A DNA stretch of 40,000 nt from Bryobacteraceae bacterium (GCA_025056455.1 JANWVY010000001.1:279757-319756), one strand, 5' to 3'; positions 27,626 to 35,995 are shown, numbered from the stretch's first letter. A program made the numbers and translations. Notes: generated from the sequence alone by a model not told the origin.

Positions 27626-28246
27626 GTGGATAGAAAGATGAAAAAGGCTGTGGTGAAGGTGCTCGAAAACCCAAGGCGCGAGAATTCCATTGCGCCGCTG
27701 GTGAGGCAAATCCTGGAGGAACTGGGCGAGGACCCCACGCGGGAGGGGCTCGAACGGACGCCCTTGCGGGCCGACAAAGCGCTGCGTTTCCTTACCAGCG
27801 GTTACTCAATGAACCTGGATCAAATCGTCAATGGCGCGCTGTTTCGCGTGAAATATGACGAGATGGTGGTGGTCCGCGACATTGAGTTCTACAGCCTCTG
27901 CGAACATCACATGTTGCCCTTCTATGGCAAGGTCCACGTGGCTTATCTACCCAACGACCGGGTGATCGGCCTCAGCAAAGTCCCGCGCATTGTCGATATG
28001 TTCGCCAGACGGTTGCAAGTGCAAGAGCGTTTGACCCAACAAATCGCGGAGACGCTCGAAAGCGTCCTGAACCCGCGAGGCGTGGCCGTAGTTTGCCAGG
28101 CGCGGCACTTCTGCATGATGATGCGCGGGGTAGAGAAACAGCACTCGGGTACGGTGACCAGCGCCATGTTGGGAGCTTTCCGCCAGCACAAAGAGACGCG
28201 AGACGAATTTCTGTCGCTGTTGTCGCAAAAGCTTTCTGACATCTAG
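27626..28246 (+). CDS. folE: GTP cyclohydrolase I (FolE type I)
   Basis: [57 protein letters not shown] and MMMRGV. GTG at 27626 lies 2 nt after the upstream stop; ATG at 27638 is an alternative. Confidence 0.92.
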   Translation: MDRKMKKAVVKVLENPRRENSIAPLVRQILEELGEDPTREGLERTPLRADKALRFLTSGYSMNLDQIVNGALFRVKYDEMVVVRDIEFYSLCEHHMLPFYGKVHVAYLPNDRVIGLSKVPRIVDMFARRLQVQERLTQQIAETLESVLNPRGVAVVCQARHFCMMMRGVEKQHSGTVTSAMLGAFRQHKETRDEFLSLLSQKLSDI

Positions 28247-28362
28247 GCAAGGTCCGCTTCCTGCGGAAACTCCCCAACCCCGACCGCTCACCCACTCGCC
28301 ACTGTTCTCCTGGCAAGGCCAGGCCGGCCGCGGTAGCTGGCTGCTGTGGAGCTGCCGCGTTG

Positions 28363-28472
28363 CCGCTCTCGCGCTGCCGTTTTGCCGCTCTCGAGCCAGT
28401 CCCTTTCCGCTCTCGCGCTGCTATCTTGCCGCTCTTGACCCGCTCCCTTCCCGCTCTCGCGCTGCTGCCTTG
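28363..28472. repeat. five tandem 22-bp units (2.5 copies of a 44-bp A/B super-unit), intergenic
   Basis: CCGCTC begins at 28363, 28385, 28407, 28429 and 28451, an exact 22-bp period. Units 1, 3 and 5 are CCGCTCTCGCGCTGC + 7 nt (19-20/22 identical to each other). Units 2 and 4 are CCGCTCTCGAGCCAGTCCCTTT and CCGCTCTTGACCCGCTCCCTTC (17/22). Confidence 0.85.
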
Positions 28473-28531
28473 CCCCACCCCGTTGAGGCGTCTCCGTCGG
28501 CTAAGGAATCCGATACAATCAAGGATTACGC

Positions 28532-29047
28532 GTGAGCTCTGCACCAGCGCCCCTGATTGCGATCTATCCTGGGACCTTTGATCCGCTGACGGCGGGTCAC
28601 TTGGATCTCATCGCACGCGCGTCGAAATTTGTTGAAACTCTGATCGTGGGGATCCTGCGTAACGAGAGTAAGCAGCCACTGTTTAGCGTGGAAGAGCGCA
28701 TGGAAATGGTGCAGGAAGCGGTGGATCAATACGCCAATGTTCGCGTCGCCTGTTTTGATGGGTTGCTGGTGGAGTTCGCCGCCGAACAGCGGGCGCGCTT
28801 AATCATTCGTGGCATTCGCGCGGTATCAGATTATGAATATGAATTGCAGATGGCGTTGATGAACCGCCGTCTTCGACCGGAAATTGAAACGGTTTTTATG
28901 ATGGCCTCTGAAGCCTACTCCTTCATTAGCTCTCGGTTGGTAAAAGAAGTGATCAAGCTCGGAGGCGATATCCAGGGATTAGTGCCGCCCTGTGTTGAGC
29001 AGCGGCTGCGGGCGCGTCTGCGGACTGCGCGCACACTTCATGCATAG
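28532..29047 (+). CDS. coaD: phosphopantetheine adenylyltransferase
   Basis: IAIYPGTFDPLTAGHLDLIARA (T/HxGH nucleotidyltransferase motif), RGIRAVSDYEYE, and ISSRLVKEV. GTG start with AAGGA 6 nt upstream. Confidence 0.92.
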   Translation: MSSAPAPLIAIYPGTFDPLTAGHLDLIARASKFVETLIVGILRNESKQPLFSVEERMEMVQEAVDQYANVRVACFDGLLVEFAAEQRARLIIRGIRAVSDYEYELQMALMNRRLRPEIETVFMMASEAYSFISSRLVKEVIKLGGDIQGLVPPCVEQRLRARLRTARTLHA

Positions 29048-29061
29048 AGGTTAAGAGGAAC

Positions 29062-30252
29062 TTGAGCACCGCAACACTCGGACTTGCTGACAGAATATCT
29101 CTCATTAGTGAATCGTCCACGATGAAGGTGGCAGCGACAGCCGACCGGCTTCGCCGGCAGGGTTTGGATGTCGTCGACTTTGGAGCCGGCGAGCCGGATT
29201 TTCCCACGCCGGACAATATCAAGCGAGCCGCGATCGAAGCCCTCGAGGCCAACTTCACCAAGTACACGCCCGCGGGCGGCATCCTAGAACTCAAGGAAGC
29301 GATTTGCGAGCGTCACGCCGCGGATTACGGCACCAGCTACAAACCCGGTGAATGCATCGTCACGGTAGGGGGCAAGCACGTGATCTTTAACCTCATGCAG
29401 GTGCTAGTGAACCCCGGTGATGAGGTGATCATCCCCGTACCCTACTGGGTGACCTATAAGGACGTCGTCAACTATGCGGGCGGAAAGTGTGTGTTCGTGG
29501 ATACCGACGAGAAGGCCGGCTTCACTCTGACGGCGGCCATGATTGAGCCCTACCTCAGCGACCGTACACGGGTGTTGATCATCAATTCACCTTCCAACCC
29601 GAGCGGCGCTGTGCTGAACCGGGAGGAGTTTGAGAAGATTTACCATCTAACGCGAAAGCACGGGGTATGGCTAATTACGGACGAATGCTATTGCCGGTTC
29701 TTGTATGATGAGGAGCCGTTTTCTATCGCCTCTTTGCCCGGGGCGAAAGATTCCGTCATCGTGGCGGGTTCTCTGTCCAAGACCTACGCGATGACGGGCT
29801 GGCGGATTGGCTTTGGCCTTGCGCCAGCATCGGTAATTCAGGCCATCAACAAGCTACAAAGCCACATGACGTCCAACCCGACGTCGATTGCGCAAAAGGC
29901 GGCGATCGAGGCGCTGCGGGGTCCGCAGGAGTCGGTCGGCGTGATGCTGGAGGAGTATCGGAAGCGCCGCGACTACGTGATTGGCCGATTGCGAGCCATG
30001 CCGGGAGTGGGGATCGTGGAACCGAAAGGCGCCTTCTACGCCTACCCGAATATCTCGGTGGCGTTCGGCAAATCTGGTATTGGCTCAGCTATGGATTTTT
30101 CCGAGAAGCTGTTAGATCAAGCGCTGGTGGCCGTGGTGCCCGGGGAAGCTTTTGGCACCGACAAGCATATTCGCATTTCGTATGCGACGTCCCTGGAACA
30201 GCTGACCAAGGGCCTGGACCGGATTGAGAATTTCTTGAAGGAGTTGAACTAG
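29062..30252 (+). CDS. class I PLP-dependent aminotransferase, aspartate aminotransferase-like
   Basis: FGAGEPDFPTP, NSPSNPSG, and the PLP-Lys motif SLSKTYAMTGWRIGF. TTG start preceded by AAGAGGA. Confidence 0.9.
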   Translation: MSTATLGLADRISLISESSTMKVAATADRLRRQGLDVVDFGAGEPDFPTPDNIKRAAIEALEANFTKYTPAGGILELKEAICERHAADYGTSYKPGECIVTVGGKHVIFNLMQVLVNPGDEVIIPVPYWVTYKDVVNYAGGKCVFVDTDEKAGFTLTAAMIEPYLSDRTRVLIINSPSNPSGAVLNREEFEKIYHLTRKHGVWLITDECYCRFLYDEEPFSIASLPGAKDSVIVAGSLSKTYAMTGWRIGFGLAPASVIQAINKLQSHMTSNPTSIAQKAAIEALRGPQESVGVMLEEYRKRRDYVIGRLRAMPGVGIVEPKGAFYAYPNISVAFGKSGIGSAMDFSEKLLDQALVAVVPGEAFGTDKHIRISYATSLEQLTKGLDRIENFLKELN

Positions 30253-30254
30253 GA

Positions 30255-31034
30255 TTGTCGCCCTTCCGCTCGATCACACCCTCTTTTCATGAAAAAGTGT
30301 GGGGATCGACGGGGCTTGCTCCCTGGTTTCCGAACCCGGAGAACAAAACCGGGGAGGTTTGGTTTGATGGCGGCGACCACCTGCCCCTCATTAAATTTCT
30401 CTTTACGACGGACCGGTTGTCGGTCCAAGTTCACCCCGATGACGAGTACGCGGCAGCTTTTAACAGCCGTGGCAAGACCGAAATGTGGCATGTGCTCCAG
30501 GCGGCGCCGGGCGCACAGGTTGCCATTGGATTTCGCCGCCGCTTGAGCCGGGAGCACCTCACGGAGGCGGTAGCCGACGGCACGGTGGTTTCCCTATTGA
30601 ACTGGATCCGGGTGCGGCCGGGTGACACGTTGTTTGTGCCCGCCGGTACTGTGCATGCGATCGGCGCTGGTCTGGCGATTTGTGAGATCCAGCAGCGATC
30701 CGATCTCACCTTCCGGCTCTTTGATTACGGCCGGCCGCGGGAATTGCATTTGGAACAGGCGCTCGCCGTGGCCAGCTTGTCGCCGTTCAACGGAAGGGCG
30801 GCCATGCCCGTGCGTTGTCCGTTCTTTCACGCCGAACGCTTGCTGCTGCAAAACGAGTTACCGTTGGAGCCGCTTGAAGTGCCTTCGGCTTTAATTGTGG
30901 TGGAGGGCGAAGGCATGCTGAAGGCTGGCCTGCTGGCCGAGCCGTTTCTTTGCGGCCATGTCTTTGAACTGGCCCCCGGAAAAGCGGTCTTGCTTCGGGG
31001 GACAGGAGTTCTGCTGCGCACCTGGATTCCCTAG
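30255..31034 (+). CDS. manA: type I mannose-6-phosphate isomerase (short cupin form)
   Basis: EKVWGS, LSVQVHPDDEYA, GKTEMWHVL and FVPAGTVHAIG (Zn-ligand cupin motifs). TTG start. Confidence 0.85.
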   Translation: MSPFRSITPSFHEKVWGSTGLAPWFPNPENKTGEVWFDGGDHLPLIKFLFTTDRLSVQVHPDDEYAAAFNSRGKTEMWHVLQAAPGAQVAIGFRRRLSREHLTEAVADGTVVSLLNWIRVRPGDTLFVPAGTVHAIGAGLAICEIQQRSDLTFRLFDYGRPRELHLEQALAVASLSPFNGRAAMPVRCPFFHAERLLLQNELPLEPLEVPSALIVVEGEGMLKAGLLAEPFLCGHVFELAPGKAVLLRGTGVLLRTWIP

Positions 31035-31104
31035 GTCCAGGCCAAACGCCAGGCTCGCCGGCTGGCCGTGTTGCCCGGGTTCGCGCGGCGTGCGATGCTG
31101 AGGG

Positions 31105-31518
31105 AGGGCGCCGGCGGACAGGCAGCCGCGCAGTGGCGGATCACATCCGCTGCTGCGAGGAAAGTCCGGTCTCCATAGGGCAGCGTGCCGGCTAACAGCC
31201 GGGGGGATCCGCTCAAAGCGGGTTTCACGGATAGCGCCACAGAAAAGATACCGCCGGTTCCAGGGCTCCGGAACGGAGCTGGAACCTGGTAAGGGTGAAA
31301 AGGTGCGGTAAGAGCGCACCGCGGCGGGAGTAATTCCGCTGGCAGGGCAAGCCCCACGCGGAGCAAGACCAAATAGGGGAGAAGGAGTGGCCCGCTCCGC
31401 TTGACTCCCGGGTAGGTTGCTAGAGCCAGTCAGCAATGGCTGGTCGAGAGGAATGGCTGCCAGTCGTTTCCGAGGGGAACGACGACAGAAACCGGCTTAT
31501 CGTCCGCTGGCGCCGCGC
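31105..31518 (+). ncRNA. rnpB: RNase P RNA, bacterial type A
   Basis: P4 5' strand GAGGAAAGTCCGG (31157-69) followed by TCTCCATAGGGCAGCGTGCCGGCTAACAGCCGGGGGG. Also present: ACAGAAAAGATACCGCC, GGTAAGGGTGAAAAGGTGCGGTAAGAGCGCACCG, CAAGACCAAATAGGGG and CCCGGGTAGGTTGCTAGAGCC. The P4 3' strand ACAGAAACCGGCTTAT is at 31485-31500. The P1 pairing is GGCGCCGGCGGAC (31107-19) with GTCCGCTGGCGCC (31502-14). Ends are approximate, within a few nt. Confidence 0.92.
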
Positions 31519-31527
31519 TACAGCTCC

Positions 31528-31953
31528 ATGACTCAGGCCCTGGGAGTTCGTTTCCGCTGCCAGCGCGGTTGCACGGCTTGCTGCAACCAGAAAGGCTGGG
31601 TGTACCTGACCGAGGAGGACGCTCAGAAGGCAGCTCGCTTTCTGCGTCTCACAGTGGAAGATTTCAAGGCCAAGTATGTGGTCCAAGGCAAGAATTTTCT
31701 GCGGCTTCGCAAACCGGTCGACCGGCAGTGTCCCTTCCTAGAGCCTCAAGGCTGCTCCATCCATCCGGCAAAGCCCACCCAGTGCCGCTTGTTCCCCTTC
31801 TGGCCCGAACTTCTTGAGGACCGCTCGCGGTGGGAAGCGACGGCCATTTTCTGTCCCGGAATTGGACGCGGCCCGTTGATTCAAATTGGTACGGCACTTG
31901 AAATGGCACAAGAGATGAAGAGGGCCTATCCCGAGCAGTACGACGAGGTCTAA
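31528..31953 (+). CDS. YkgJ-family Cys-cluster protein (PF03692-like, putative Zn/Fe-chelating domain)
   Basis: FRCQRGCTACCNQKGWVYL followed by RQCPFLEPQGCSIHPAKPTQCRLFPF. I prefer the ATG at 31528 because the track start at 31417 would place 100 nt of the CDS inside rnpB. Confidence 0.75.
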   Translation: MTQALGVRFRCQRGCTACCNQKGWVYLTEEDAQKAARFLRLTVEDFKAKYVVQGKNFLRLRKPVDRQCPFLEPQGCSIHPAKPTQCRLFPFWPELLEDRSRWEATAIFCPGIGRGPLIQIGTALEMAQEMKRAYPEQYDEV

Positions 31954-32064
31954 GGGTCATCCTTTCGTCAAAAAGCGGCAGGTTTTCGACACTTCCTTCC
32001 TCGTAGACGGGCTGATCAGACGCCCAGCCGGGCTTGGCAATCCATCTGCAGGGGAGGGAGCGAG

Positions 32065-32394
32065 ATGTTTGACCGTGTCAATGCGAACCTCCAAGCCTAC
32101 ATGGATCTGCTGAGCTTCCGCCAGAAGCTGGTGGCGTCGAACCTGGCCAATTTAGACACTCCGGGATACAAGACGCGCGACATTGACTTTCAGTTCGAAT
32201 TTCAAACACGAATCAAAGACGCCCAGCCGCATATCGTTGAGCTGGACTTACCTTCTAAGAACGATGGCAACAACGTGAGCTTGGACCGAGAGGCGCGCCT
32301 TCTGGCGGAGAACGCCATGCGCTTTCAGCTGGCCTCGCTTCTTGCGCGCGAGGAATTTCGAAAGATCAAATCTGCGATTCAGGAGGGCAAGTAA
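32065..32394 (+). CDS. flgB: flagellar basal-body rod protein FlgB
   Basis: SFRQKLVASNLANLDTPGYKTRDIDF is the rod-protein N-terminal signature. GGGGAGGGAG SD upstream. Confidence 0.9.
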   Translation: MFDRVNANLQAYMDLLSFRQKLVASNLANLDTPGYKTRDIDFQFEFQTRIKDAQPHIVELDLPSKNDGNNVSLDREARLLAENAMRFQLASLLAREEFRKIKSAIQEGK

Positions 32395-32401
32395 AGATCC
32401 C

Positions 32402-32839
32402 ATGAGTCTGTTTCATGTGCTTTCGGTAAGCGCTTCGGGGATGGCGGCGCAACGGGTGCGGGCCGAGCTGCTGGCGGAGAATCTGGCCAATGCCGAGACC
32501 ACGCGGACACTGGAAGGCGGGCCTTACCGCCGCAAAGATGCGGTTTTTCAAGTGGCCGAGGTGTACTCGCCGTTTGCCGATCTCTTCGTCCAGCAGCTGG
32601 GCAGCCCATGGCTAGGGGTCGAGGTGTCAGAAGTGCGCATTGACGACCGGGAGCCCGAGCTGCGATATCTTCCCGGCCATCCCGACGCCCGTCCTGATGG
32701 CTACGTCGCCTTTCCGCGCATCAATCCTGCCGAAGACATGGTGGATCTGATGGGAGCCAGTCGCGGCTATCAAGCCAACGTCGTAGCCATGTCGGCCATC
32801 AAGGACATGATTCAGCGGTCTTTTGATTTGTTGAGGTAA
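32402..32839 (+). CDS. flgC: flagellar basal-body rod protein FlgC
   Basis: MSLFHVLSVSASGMAAQRVRAELLAENLANAETTRT at the N-terminus and the C-terminal MVDLMGASRGYQANV. I prefer the ATG at 32402 over the track start at 32342. Confidence 0.9.
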   Translation: MSLFHVLSVSASGMAAQRVRAELLAENLANAETTRTLEGGPYRRKDAVFQVAEVYSPFADLFVQQLGSPWLGVEVSEVRIDDREPELRYLPGHPDARPDGYVAFPRINPAEDMVDLMGASRGYQANVVAMSAIKDMIQRSFDLLR

Positions 32840-32843
32840 GCCG

Positions 32844-33140
32844 ATGGAGCCGATTCGTCCGATTCTGGCTCCAAGACCTCTGGAGAGCGTGACGCTCGAT
32901 AAGGTCTCGCAAAAGCAGGAGCCTTCGTTTGCGTCGATTTTAGAAAAGGCCCTGGGCCATGTATCCGCGATGGAAGCCGAAAGTCGGCAGAAGGTAGATC
33001 GTTTTCTGCGTGGCGAGGAACAAGAACTGCACGACATGATGCTCAGCGTGCAGCGCGCTAGCCTCACTTTCGACCTGTTTCTTCAGGTGCGGAATAAAGT
33101 CATGCAAGCCTATCAGGAAGTCATGCGGATGCAGCTATGA
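32844..33140 (+). CDS. fliE: flagellar hook-basal body complex protein FliE
   Basis: 98 aa. The C-terminus MLSVQRASLTFDLFLQVRNKVMQAYQEVMRMQL is typical of FliE, and the gene sits after flgC. Confidence 0.85.
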   Translation: MEPIRPILAPRPLESVTLDKVSQKQEPSFASILEKALGHVSAMEAESRQKVDRFLRGEEQELHDMMLSVQRASLTFDLFLQVRNKVMQAYQEVMRMQL

Positions 33141-33196
33141 GGAGGGGTTGTCGCACCTCGCCCCCAGGCATGCTGACCGCTCGGCTGTGAACCTGC

Positions 33197-34945
33197 ATGC
33201 TCAATCAACTGAAACTGCTGGTCGCCAACCTAAGCCGCCGCCAAATCGCCATTTTGGCTAGCGTAACCGCTTTGATGGTTGGCGGATTGAGCTTTCTCAT
33301 TCTCCGGAACCGCGACCGTGACTATCAGCCGGTCTATCGGGGACTGGCCCCAGAAGACGCCGCGCAAATTGTGGAGAAGCTCAAGGAGAGCAACGTAGAG
33401 TACCGTTTGGCGGACAACGGCGCAACCATCCTTGTGCACTCGGCGCGTGTGGCCGAAATCCGGCTCCTGCTTGCTGGCAACGGGTTGCCAAAATCGGGAA
33501 GGTTGGGATTTGAGCTATTTGACAAGACCAATTTCGGCGCGACCGACTTCGCCGAGCAAGTCAACTATCGCCGCGCGCTTGAAGGGGAGTTGGAGCGATC
33601 GATCGCCTCACTACAAGAAGTCGAGCAAGCCCGCGTTCATCTGACTTTTGCCAAAGACTCGGTTTTCACCGAATCACGACAGCCCGCTAAGGCGAGCGTG
33701 CTGTTGAAGCTCAAAAGTGGGGCCGAGCTGTCGCGAAAAAACGTACAGGCGATTGAACATCTGGTGGCGAATGCGGTACAAGGCCTTCACCCGGAGAATG
33801 TTTCGATCGTTGATATGAGGGGGAATCTTCTCAGCCGTCATCGACTTGGAGGAGGTTCCGAGGAGGAATACAAGCAGCACTACCTAGAATATCGCCAGAA
33901 GATGGAAAAGGCGCTTTTGGCGAATATTTACTCCACGCTGGAGCCGGTGCTTGGGGCGGACCACTTTCGGGCTGGGGTTTCGGTGGAAGTGGATTTTTCA
34001 AGCGGCGAGCAGAGCGAAGAAACTTTTGATCCAGACCGCAGCGTGATGGTAAGCCAGCAAAGAAGCGAGGAAACGAGCGCCCCTCAGCTGCCCTCTGGCG
34101 TACCCGGAACGGCTTCCAGCCTACCGAGACCAACGAGCCGGCCTGGTTCTTCCTCCTCCACTGTGAGTCGGCGAACGGAAAACATCTCGTATCAGACCAG
34201 CCGAACGGTACGGCGCACGAAGTTTCCCGACGGGACCATCCGGCGAATTTCGGTTTCGGCCATCTTAGACCAGAACGTGCGCTGGGAGGGAACCGGCTCC
34301 AAGGCCCGGCGGATTCTTGAACCACCGAGCGAGGAAACGCTCAAAAAAGTCCGGGATCTCATCGCTGGCGCGGTCGGCTACAACCCAGAGCGAGGCGATC
34401 AGATTTTTGTGCAGAGTCTTCCCTTCGAAAGCACCCTCAAAGCAAATCCGGCACCCGCGGATTCAGGGGTTGGCGGCAAGCCGGCTGCCGGTGCAACGCC
34501 GCTGGGCCGCTGGCTCGCGGAGCGTCATTTTGCCCCCGAGCAGCAAACGCTGGTGGTTTTGGGCGCCGCACTCGTGCTGCTGTTGCTGGCCGGGGGAGCA
34601 TTCTCCTTGTGGAGGCAGAGAAGGAAATCGAGAGCCGTCGCGGCCGTCGATCTGGCACAGGAGCTGCCACCGGGCCCTGGGCCCCTCCCGGCCGTTCCGG
34701 CAGCTGACGATTCTCGGCAAACGCTCCAGGCCGCCCCAGGCGAAGTCGCTGCCCTTTCCGAGGCCAAGAAGGAGGATGCGGACGCCCGCGCCGAAGCAGA
34801 ACTTCTTCGCTCGATCCGGCCACCCGAGTTGACGACGAAAAAAGCGGAAGTCCTGCTCAAACACATCACCGAGCAAGCGAAACGCGAGCCCGCCACAACG
34901 GCTCAACTTCTTCGCTCCTGGCTGGCCGAGAAAGACCGCCGCTAA
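33197..34945 (+). CDS. fliF: flagellar M-ring protein FliF
   Basis: N-terminal TM segment, YRPLY-like YQPVYRGL, EIRLLLAGNGLPKSG, a second TM segment near residue 460, and a C-terminal FliG-binding tail. 582 aa. Confidence 0.9.
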   Translation: MLNQLKLLVANLSRRQIAILASVTALMVGGLSFLILRNRDRDYQPVYRGLAPEDAAQIVEKLKESNVEYRLADNGATILVHSARVAEIRLLLAGNGLPKSGRLGFELFDKTNFGATDFAEQVNYRRALEGELERSIASLQEVEQARVHLTFAKDSVFTESRQPAKASVLLKLKSGAELSRKNVQAIEHLVANAVQGLHPENVSIVDMRGNLLSRHRLGGGSEEEYKQHYLEYRQKMEKALLANIYSTLEPVLGADHFRAGVSVEVDFSSGEQSEETFDPDRSVMVSQQRSEETSAPQLPSGVPGTASSLPRPTSRPGSSSSTVSRRTENISYQTSRTVRRTKFPDGTIRRISVSAILDQNVRWEGTGSKARRILEPPSEETLKKVRDLIAGAVGYNPERGDQIFVQSLPFESTLKANPAPADSGVGGKPAAGATPLGRWLAERHFAPEQQTLVVLGAALVLLLLAGGAFSLWRQRRKSRAVAAVDLAQELPPGPGPLPAVPAADDSRQTLQAAPGEVAALSEAKKEDADARAEAELLRSIRPPELTTKKAEVLLKHITEQAKREPATTAQLLRSWLAEKDRR

Positions 34946-34972
34946 CTGATTTTGCTAGCCGCAACGCACGCT

Positions 34973-35995
34973 ATGCCCGAAACTACCTCTGATAAGCTCA
35001 GCGGATCGCGAAAAGCCGCGATTTTAAGCGTCATTCTGGGAGATGAAATCTGTGCCGATGTTTTCCGCGAGCTCGAGGAAGATGAAGTGTATCTCATTGG
35101 CCGCGAGGTGGCCAAAATCACTTCAGTGACAACCGAGGAAGCCGAAGCGATCCTAGAAGAGTTCTATCAAATGTCGGTGGGCCAGGAATACGTTCACCGG
35201 GGGGGCATCGAATATGCGCGCCGGGTACTTATCAACGCCTTCGGCCCAGACCAGGCGAAAAAAATTCTGGAGCGGTTGATGAAGGCCCTCGGAACCGAGG
35301 GAGCCAATTTTGACGCTCTACACAAAGCCGATCCGCAGCAGCTGGCCAAGTTCATCCACTCGGAACATCCGCAAACGATCGCGCTCGTGCTGTCGCACTT
35401 AAACCCATCGCAAGCAGCGGGCTTGTTGCAATCGCTACCTCCGGACCTGCGTCCAGATGTCGCCTTGCGGATGGCCAATCTCGATCAAATCTCGCCGGAA
35501 ATCATCTCCAAAATCGCAGGAATTATCGGGCAGAAGCTGAAGGCGCTGGGCGAGTTGAGCCGCGAATCTTCCGGCGGCGTGCATGCCGTCGCAGAAATCT
35601 TCAACCGCCTTGACACGCAAAGCAGTAAAGAGATCCTGGACGTCATCGAGAAAGTCGATCCCAATCTCACGGAAACGATCCGGCATCTGATGTTTGTTTT
35701 TGAAGACCTCCTGGTGATGGATCAGAACGCGATTAAAGAGATTTTGAGTCGTGTGGACCGCAAGCTGCTTACCTACGCACTCAAGGGCACCAGCGAGCAA
35801 CTTCGCAACCATTTCATGCAGTGCATGTCACAGCGGGGTGCGGAGATGTTGCGCGAGGACATGGAAGCGATGGGTCCGGTCAAGATTAAGGAAGTGGAAG
35901 CCGCACAGCAGCAAATCATCGCCATTGTTCGGCAGCTGGAAAATGAGGGCGTCATCAGCATGAGGGGCGGCGGCGGAGACCAGTATGTCGTCTAA
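34973..35995 (+). CDS. fliG: flagellar motor switch protein FliG
   Basis: LSGSRKAAILSVILGDE, EHPQTIALVLSHL, MFVFEDL and the torque-helix region EAAQQQIIAIVRQLENEG. I prefer the ATG at 34973 over the TTG at 34952. Confidence 0.9.
   Translation: MPETTSDKLSGSRKAAILSVILGDEICADVFRELEEDEVYLIGREVAKITSVTTEEAEAILEEFYQMSVGQEYVHRGGIEYARRVLINAFGPDQAKKILERLMKALGTEGANFDALHKADPQQLAKFIHSEHPQTIALVLSHLNPSQAAGLLQSLPPDLRPDVALRMANLDQISPEIISKIAGIIGQKLKALGELSRESSGGVHAVAEIFNRLDTQSSKEILDVIEKVDPNLTETIRHLMFVFEDLLVMDQNAIKEILSRVDRKLLTYALKGTSEQLRNHFMQCMSQRGAEMLREDMEAMGPVKIKEVEAAQQQIIAIVRQLENEGVISMRGGGGDQYVV

Noticed and set aside
28363-28472. Possible miniature CRISPR array
   Set aside because: The units abut with no unique spacers, the period is only 22 bp, the repeats are imperfect and alternate between two types, and no cas genes are nearby. 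It is a tandem repeat, not a CRISPR array.
27972-28581. Track ORFs 27972-28544 (-, 190 aa) and 28360-28581 (+, 73 aa) spanning the folE-coaD spacer
   Set aside because: The minus ORF is antisense to well-supported folE, and both run through the 22-bp repeat array. Their translations are Arg/Ala/Pro-rich low-complexity strings typical of off-frame GC-rich DNA.
30891-31527. Track ORFs 30891-31436 (-), 31031-31372 (-), and the 31417 start of the + ORF
   Set aside because: All of them overlap the RNase P RNA gene, whose conserved P4, J-region and loop sequences are unmistakable. The CDS is re-started at ATG 31528.
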